DNA from: a virus | Taxonomy: Duplodnaviria; Caudoviricetes | DNA length: 39,171 bases | Virus record (IMG/VR): IMGVR_UViG_3300048901_000218 | Span: 1 to 39,171 of that record | Strand: one strand, 5' to 3' | Shown: positions 34,798-39,171 of the stretch, one piece after another | How positions within the stretch are numbered: position 1 is the stretch's first letter | Layout: the number at the start of each line of letters is the position of its first letter | Translations under genes and position numbers: made by a program | The notes under the pieces: model-generated | What the model was told of the DNA's origin: nothing | What the model saw: only the letters and a program-made list of their open reading frames with translations | Databases searched by the model: none

Positions 34798-35257
34798 TTT
34801 CGATTCTTATTCCATAGGCATCACTTTTCTTTTGATCGCAAGCGATAGATATTCTCTTGTCGCTATCTGCGTGGCCCGCACGGTAATCTCCTGTGATTAT
34901 CGCGCAAACGGCATCGACTATGTATTTGAAACTCATAGGCAAATTGTCAAAGGCGTCTAGCTCGTCCGGCGCGAAACGCGTCAGCATGAGCCGGCACGGG
35001 AGTCGCATATTCGGCCTCAGAGGATTCAGCGCGAGGGCCACGAGACGCTGCTGCTCCTTGTGCCGGGCATGCTTGAGGCGCCATGGCTCGAAGGAGTTAG
35101 CCTCTGAGACCGTCCGAATGGGCAAGACCACCCTCACGGTTCGCTCTGAAATCTCGCTAGAGGCCTCTAATTTGGCGTAGGATCGTTTTTTATGCCTACC
35201 CGCTACCTTGGTATTACCCGACCTCTTTTGACGCAACCTAGGGCTTTTAAATGGCAT
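34787..35257 (-). CDS. RusA-like Holliday junction resolvase/endonuclease (start uncertain)
   Basis: ELDAFDNL..SFKYIVDAV...DSD...Q...IRIEI catalytic pattern. Confidence 0.65.
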   Translation of the reverse strand: MPFKSPRLRQKRSGNTKVAGRHKKRSYAKLEASSEISERTVRVVLPIRTVSEANSFEPWRLKHARHKEQQRLVALALNPLRPNMRLPCRLMLTRFAPDELDAFDNLPMSFKYIVDAVCAIITGDYRAGHADSDKRISIACDQKKSDAYGIRIEITW

Positions 35258-35288
35258 TCTGGGGCATTCCTTGTTTCCGATTTCAAAC

Positions 35289-35612
35289 TCAAAACGGAAC
35301 ATCGTCGTTTTCAATTTTTGGCGTTGGTGCGACCGACCCTCCCGATCGTCCTTTTTCCCATGAGCGGCTCTCGAGAAAAGCTTTGATATCCTCGTTGAGG
35401 AAATTGCTATCCTGCGAGAATCCCTTGAGATATTTTTTCTCCCCATGCTGCTTCACGGCTGCGCTTATGACATCCCAGAACATGCCGCCATTTTGCATTT
35501 TTTTCCGCAGGTAAGTGACGCGGTATTTTCCCTCGAGGCATAGAGTACAGCTCTCGGCTACGTACTGATCCTCGGGGTAACTCTCGTGATTTACAAACTC
35601 GAATGCGCTCAT
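35289..35612 (-). CDS. Putative single-stranded DNA-binding protein
   Basis: Beta-rich core with acidic C-terminal DDVPF tail; AGGAG RBS; follows the initiator gene. Confidence 0.65.
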   Translation of the reverse strand: MSAFEFVNHESYPEDQYVAESCTLCLEGKYRVTYLRKKMQNGGMFWDVISAAVKQHGEKKYLKGFSQDSNFLNEDIKAFLESRSWEKGRSGGSVAPTPKIENDDVPF

Positions 35613-35662
35613 GATAAACTCCTATGTTTTTGGTTTTAAGCGATAAAGATTTGTGACTGCAA

Positions 35663-36586
35663 TCATTTTTTTCCTGCTATTTTTTCTCCGACAGCTTGCC
35701 GGCATTTTTTTTCAAATTCCCCATCGACCAGCGCGATGAAAATCGCTTGCTGATGAGGATTAGAACACTCGAAGAGAATTCCCTTCTGATCTTTTTGTCG
35801 ATCCGTGTATAGGCGGCATTGCCAGCCGTTTCCTTGAGAAAAATCATGAAACTGACTGCATAATCTCTCGGCCAAGGCAATATTTTTCTCTATGGAAACT
35901 TTTGCCTTGTCTTCGATTTTCCATCGAGCTATTGCATTGGGCCAGTCCGTGATTTCGGTTTTCCTTCTTGGGCTGTTCATGATGAAAGCCACGGCTTGCT
36001 TGACTCGCTCTACGTCTCCTCGGATTTTCACACAGGCCTCCAATTGCTCTCGGCTCATGAAGACACCCGATCCCATGTCAATTTTTTCCGAAGAAAAATC
36101 ATCAGTCATCAGCCCGTCCCCGTTTGAAGGGACTGAGGGATGATCTTCTTTTAATCTTCTCTTCTTATCTTCTAGATTGTGGCCCTTTGTTGGCCCTCTG
36201 TTGGCCCTTTGTTGGCCCATCTGTTGGCCCTTTTCATATCGATCTTGTTTCGTAAACTTCTCAACCAACCATACATAGCACGAAAACTTGTTGGCCCTTG
36301 AGTTGGCCGTTTTTTTGAGTACTGCGTGTTTGGTGAATGAGTGTAATAGACAACGCCACTGTTTTTCGGTGAGAAAACATTCCTTGTGAGCAGTGCGCCT
36401 TCCTGCGATAAATTCAAAAGGTTCTAGAGTAATTTCCTTGCCTAGCATCATCACTTTGCGCGGTTCTGGGCTGCACTTAGAAAAAGCCCAGACAATGAAC
36501 TTGAAAGCGTTTTCTTTTTCAAAAAAACCGTTTTCTCGAAAGTAGGTTGGAATGGGAGTCTCAAAGTAATAGGGAATTTTAGCCAT
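35663..36586 (-). CDS. Replication initiator-like protein (lambda O-type architecture)
   Basis: N-terminal wHTH-like region; central linker encoded by iterons (GQQMGQQRANRGPTKGH). Confidence 0.7.
   Translation of the reverse strand: MAKIPYYFETPIPTYFRENGFFEKENAFKFIVWAFSKCSPEPRKVMMLGKEITLEPFEFIAGRRTAHKECFLTEKQWRCLLHSFTKHAVLKKTANSRANKFSCYVWLVEKFTKQDRYEKGQQMGQQRANRGPTKGHNLEDKKRRLKEDHPSVPSNGDGLMTDDFSSEKIDMGSGVFMSREQLEACVKIRGDVERVKQAVAFIMNSPRRKTEITDWPNAIARWKIEDKAKVSIEKNIALAERLCSQFHDFSQGNGWQCRLYTDRQKDQKGILFECSNPHQQAIFIALVDGEFEKKCRQAVGEKIAGKK
36177..36310. repeat. Iterons / putative replication origin
   Basis: Five tandem (T)GTTGGCCC-like repeats at 11-12 bp spacing (36177-36232) plus two at 36288-36310, next to a TCTTCT-rich tract. 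Confidence 0.75.
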
Positions 36587-36935
36587 GATCTCTCACTGGA
36601 TTGATGTCCCAAACATTGGTGGTGATAATTTCCAGAAGAGTGTCAATGGTGGTGGTGCCATCAGTTGATTTTTTTCTTGTCCTATTGGTTTCGATTATTT
36701 TTATGTGCTTTCTTAGAAGTAAAATCTTCTTAGCGTTTCGATATTCCCCTTGCGTCATCTTTAATTTTTTTAGATTCCCAACATGACATTGACCAATTCG
36801 AAGGCCGTCGGGATGACCATTAAAGCGCCTGGCATTCATGGCTATATAAGAAAGAAGGATGAAAGCGTTTTTCTTATTCTTCATGAGCCAGAGAGCTTCT
36901 GGCGATGGGATAAACTTAATAAATTTTTCAGACAT
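36579..36935 (-). CDS. Putative wHTH replication-associated protein
   Basis: AFILLSYIA..ARR...LRIGQC...MTQGEYRNAKKIL; overlaps the initiator start. Confidence 0.6.
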   Translation of the reverse strand: MSEKFIKFIPSPEALWLMKNKKNAFILLSYIAMNARRFNGHPDGLRIGQCHVGNLKKLKMTQGEYRNAKKILLLRKHIKIIETNRTRKKSTDGTTTIDTLLEIITTNVWDINPVRDHG

Positions 36936-37024
36936 GATACCCCACAAAGATATTGCATCGTTTTTTGCGGGGCGCTATGATAGAGGCATAACTATAGACT
37001 CTATACGCAAGTCCCCACGACTCG

Positions 37025-37058
37025 CAAAAAGCGCCCCGCCTAGTAAACGGGGCGTTTT
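37025..37058 (-). terminator. Intrinsic terminator-like hairpin
   Basis: Minus strand CGCCCCG-loop-CGGGGCG-CTTTTT. Confidence 0.6.
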
Positions 37059-37108
37059 CGTTTCCAAAAGTATCATATCTGCATCGAGCAATGCAATAAA
37101 TGTTTTTA

Positions 37109-37384
37109 CTAGTCATTGGCTTGCGGCCCTAAGACGTCTATCTGAAAAAGCCCATCACTTTCGACGAAGTGAATCAGGTTCAGAAACATCAGGGGCGCGA
37201 GCAAGTTACGAAACATGGTCGGGCTGATAAGAAAATCCTTGCGCACGTTCTTTCTCTCGGTTTCGACGTGCATTTGCTTTCCTCGTTTATCCCAGAGTTG
37301 GACATAAAGGAGAGCGCTCCGAGGGCAGCTCTTCATGACTCTGGTAAGATACTTTAAGGGGGGGAATTCACTGTAATCTGTCAT
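37109..37384 (-). CDS. Hypothetical protein (possible wHTH)
   Basis: GAGGA RBS before ATG 37384; 91 aa. Confidence 0.7.
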   Translation of the reverse strand: MTDYSEFPPLKYLTRVMKSCPRSALLYVQLWDKRGKQMHVETERKNVRKDFLISPTMFRNLLAPLMFLNLIHFVESDGLFQIDVLGPQAND

Positions 37385-37533
37385 AGTCCTCGTAAAAATT
37401 CTTGTTTTATTTATCGAGGAGAGCATATGTTTGAACACGTCAAATATCCGCTTTCCTCGAAGTGGTGTTGTTTTTTTAGAGAGAGAGAGCACCTCCTTCC
37501 TTCTTAGCGGCCTTTTGATGGTATTCTAGTCTC

Positions 37534-37563
37534 GGTGCAGTCCGATTGGCGTTGGGCTGCACC
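37534..37563. terminator. Strong intergenic hairpin
   Basis: GGTGCAGTCCGA-TTGGCG-TTGGGCTGCACC followed by AATTTTTT on the plus strand. Confidence 0.55.
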
Positions 37564-37724
37564 AATTTTTCATAATATTTTCAAATAATAATTGCAACCC
37601 CTTTCATTTATTCATTACCTTTTGATCGAGGAAAAGGTACACCTATGAATGAAGACGAGTGGGAAGCTTGGAAGGCTACCTGGAAGGAACTTTGGCATGG
37701 CTTAAAGTCCATGCCATTATTGCG

Positions 37725-37982
37725 CTATGTGTTGATCTGCTTGGCTATTGCTGTAGCGGCAGGCTTGGCTGGATTTTTCTCGCGCTGAGCTTGCTCATCT
37801 ACCCAGTCGTAAACGGTTACGGCGCCCTTTGTGTACTTCTCTATCTCATAGGCCAGACGCAAGTTTGGCATCTGACCTTGCCTCAGTATCTCATGGAGGG
37901 TAGACGTGCTTATGCCCAATTTCTGTGCTACGCCGCGCTGTTTCTTGTCGTTACTCTGCATCCATGTGGCGAACTTATTCAC
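37725..37982 (-). CDS. Cro/XRE-family HTH transcriptional regulator
   Basis: QRGVAQKLGISTSTLHEILRQGQMPNLRLAYEIEKYTKGAV; GAGGA RBS before GTG. Confidence 0.88.
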   Translation of the reverse strand: MNKFATWMQSNDKKQRGVAQKLGISTSTLHEILRQGQMPNLRLAYEIEKYTKGAVTVYDWVDEQAQREKNPAKPAATAIAKQINT

Positions 37983-38099
37983 AATATCCTCTTTTTTTCT
38001 TTCTATTTCTGGACGAAAATCCGGTATTCCGATACAATCGCCAGTATAGCTACAGGAAGGTTTCCGGACAAGGGCCTTTTGAAGGCCAAAGAAACCGTG

Positions 38100-38128
38100 T
38101 TGACATATATTGCCAAGTATGCAACAAT
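38100..38128 (+). promoter_or_regulatory. Putative early promoter with an overlapping imperfect palindrome
   Basis: TTGACA-17 bp-AACAAT with TG extension; TATATTG...CAATATA inverted repeat; divergent from the HTH gene. Confidence 0.6.
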
Positions 38129-38156
38129 ATAGCTTTCTATAACCAAAAGGAGCCCC

Positions 38157-38303
38157 ATGGCTAAGAAATCGTTAAAAACAGAAAAAGCAAAAGAATATTT
38201 CAATTCCCTGCGAGATGCATTAGAAGGGATTAAGGATGCCATTTTGGGCATGGAAGAAGTACTTGATGAAGTCATCGAAGAGTTAGAGGAATCCGAAAAA
38301 TAA
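38157..38303 (+). CDS. Small acidic-tailed protein (48 aa)
   Basis: AAGGAG RBS; MAKKSLKTEKAKEYFNSLRDALEG...EELEESEK*. Confidence 0.7.
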   Translation: MAKKSLKTEKAKEYFNSLRDALEGIKDAILGMEEVLDEVIEELEESEK

Positions 38304-38313
38304 AGGAGAGACT

Positions 38314-38538
38314 ATGAATACCAAAAACATTGAGGAGCTTTGCGCCAACATTGCTTCCTCCTCAGAAAAACTCATGAAGCACGCCAGAGAGGTCATATCC
38401 ATAATACAATCCATGGATGACTATCAATATGACGATCGTGATGACGATAACGATGATAGTATCTTTGTGAAGGAATCATGCCAAGAGTGCCCAGGCTGCA
38501 TGGACTGCCTCGGCCTATCTTATAGAGATTTTTTATAG
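38314..38538 (+). CDS. Small acidic protein with a Cys motif
   Basis: AAGGAG RBS; CQECPGCMDCLGLS. Confidence 0.7.
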   Translation: MNTKNIEELCANIASSSEKLMKHAREVISIIQSMDDYQYDDRDDDNDDSIFVKESCQECPGCMDCLGLSYRDFL

Positions 38539-38574
38539 ACTAACGCCAAGAAAACCATCAAAAGGAAATATTTT

Positions 38575-39171
38575 ATGGAACAATCACAAGAAATCAACGA
38601 ATTAGCCGGAGCTTTATCAAAGGCTCAGGGAGAAATGCAGGCAGCCATCAAAGATAAGGTCAACCCCTTCTTCAAGAGCTCCTATGCCGACTTAGGAAGC
38701 GTTTGGGATGCGGCTAGGCCAGTGTTGAGCAAATATGGCCTGTGCGTCATGCAGACAACCCACATGGCTCCTGACGGAACTAAAATCCTCATGGTGACTA
38801 CTCTGGCCCATACATCGGGTCAATGGGTGAAGTCTTTCCTACCTCTGAACCCTTCAAAAAATGACAGCCAGGGGATAGGGGCGGCTCTGACTTACCTCAG
38901 GAGATACTCTCTCTCTGCGATCGTAGGCGTTGTTTGCGACGATGACGACGATGGAGAAACGGCTGTAGGTAGAGGGAAAGGCACTCCGCATCAACATTCT
39001 AAGCAAAGCGAGCAAAGTGAGGACGAAAAACCTCCTGTGCCGGCTGAAAAGATAGGAAAGACGGAAATTGTTGCTATAACGACTCTGATTCAAAATCTCG
39101 ATGAAGAAAGCAATAAGAGCTTTTTCGACTGGATCAAGAAAACGTACAACGTCTCAGATGTCAAGGATATC
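38575..39171 (+). CDS. ERF-family ssDNA annealing protein (N-terminal part; continues to 223)
   Basis: ELAGALSKAQGEM...KDKVNPFFKSSYADL...LSKYGL...TLAHTSGQW...QGIGAALTYLRRYSLSAIVGV..DDDDDG; absent from the ORF track because it has no stop before the window end. Confidence 0.92.
   Translation, partial: MEQSQEINELAGALSKAQGEMQAAIKDKVNPFFKSSYADLGSVWDAARPVLSKYGLCVMQTTHMAPDGTKILMVTTLAHTSGQWVKSFLPLNPSKNDSQGIGAALTYLRRYSLSAIVGVVCDDDDDGETAVGRGKGTPHQHSKQSEQSEDEKPPVPAEKIGKTEIVAITTLIQNLDEESNKSFFDWIKKTYNVSDVKDI
39045..39171. repeat. Terminal direct repeat (copy 2), identical to 1-127
   Basis: Direct sequence identity. Confidence 0.95.

Noticed and set aside
36177-36310. Possible CRISPR array
   Set aside because: The repeats are 9-12 bp with no unique spacers and lie within a coding region; they fit iterons.
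37645-37788. 47-aa plus-strand membrane peptide (MNEDEWEAWKATWKEL...)
   Set aside because: It has a plausible hydrophobic helix, but the RBS is weak and it overlaps the HTH gene end convergently; support is too thin to list it as a feature.
39045-39171. Biological direct terminal repeat of the virion DNA
   Set aside because: It falls in the middle of a gene and its 127-bp length matches a common assembly k-mer, so it is treated as a circularisation overlap.

Overview
This window looks like a complete, circular ~39,044-bp tailed dsDNA phage genome. Bases 1-127 are identical to 39045-39171, and an ERF-family recombinase gene reads across the join. It has a podovirus-type virion module on the minus strand: small and large terminase, portal, scaffold, N4-gp56-like major capsid, adaptor, nozzle, probable ejection proteins and fibres. 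It also carries an ERF + YqaJ recombination pair, an iteron-containing replication initiator, SSB-like, RusA-like and GroES-like genes, and a ParA/RHH partition cassette. I see no integrase and no endolysin, which suggests a plasmid-like prophage. The main result is that the capsid gene is split into three exons. One interruption is a full 705-nt group I intron with an antisense LAGLIDADG gene in its P6 loop. The other, 66 nt upstream, is a 42-nt insert with an in-frame stop. That insert has the splice-site signals of a group I intron (P1 with U-G wobble, P10, terminal G) but no catalytic core, so it is a candidate core-less satellite intron spliced by the neighbouring ribozyme. Other oddities are a CCA-ended tRNA-like RNA with an aberrant anticodon arm, three dispersed 11-bp-period centromere-like arrays, two paralogous Cys-rich secreted peptides, a Tad2/DUF2829-like protein and several tiny Lys-rich ORFs. 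All family calls come from motif recognition by eye; no searches were run.
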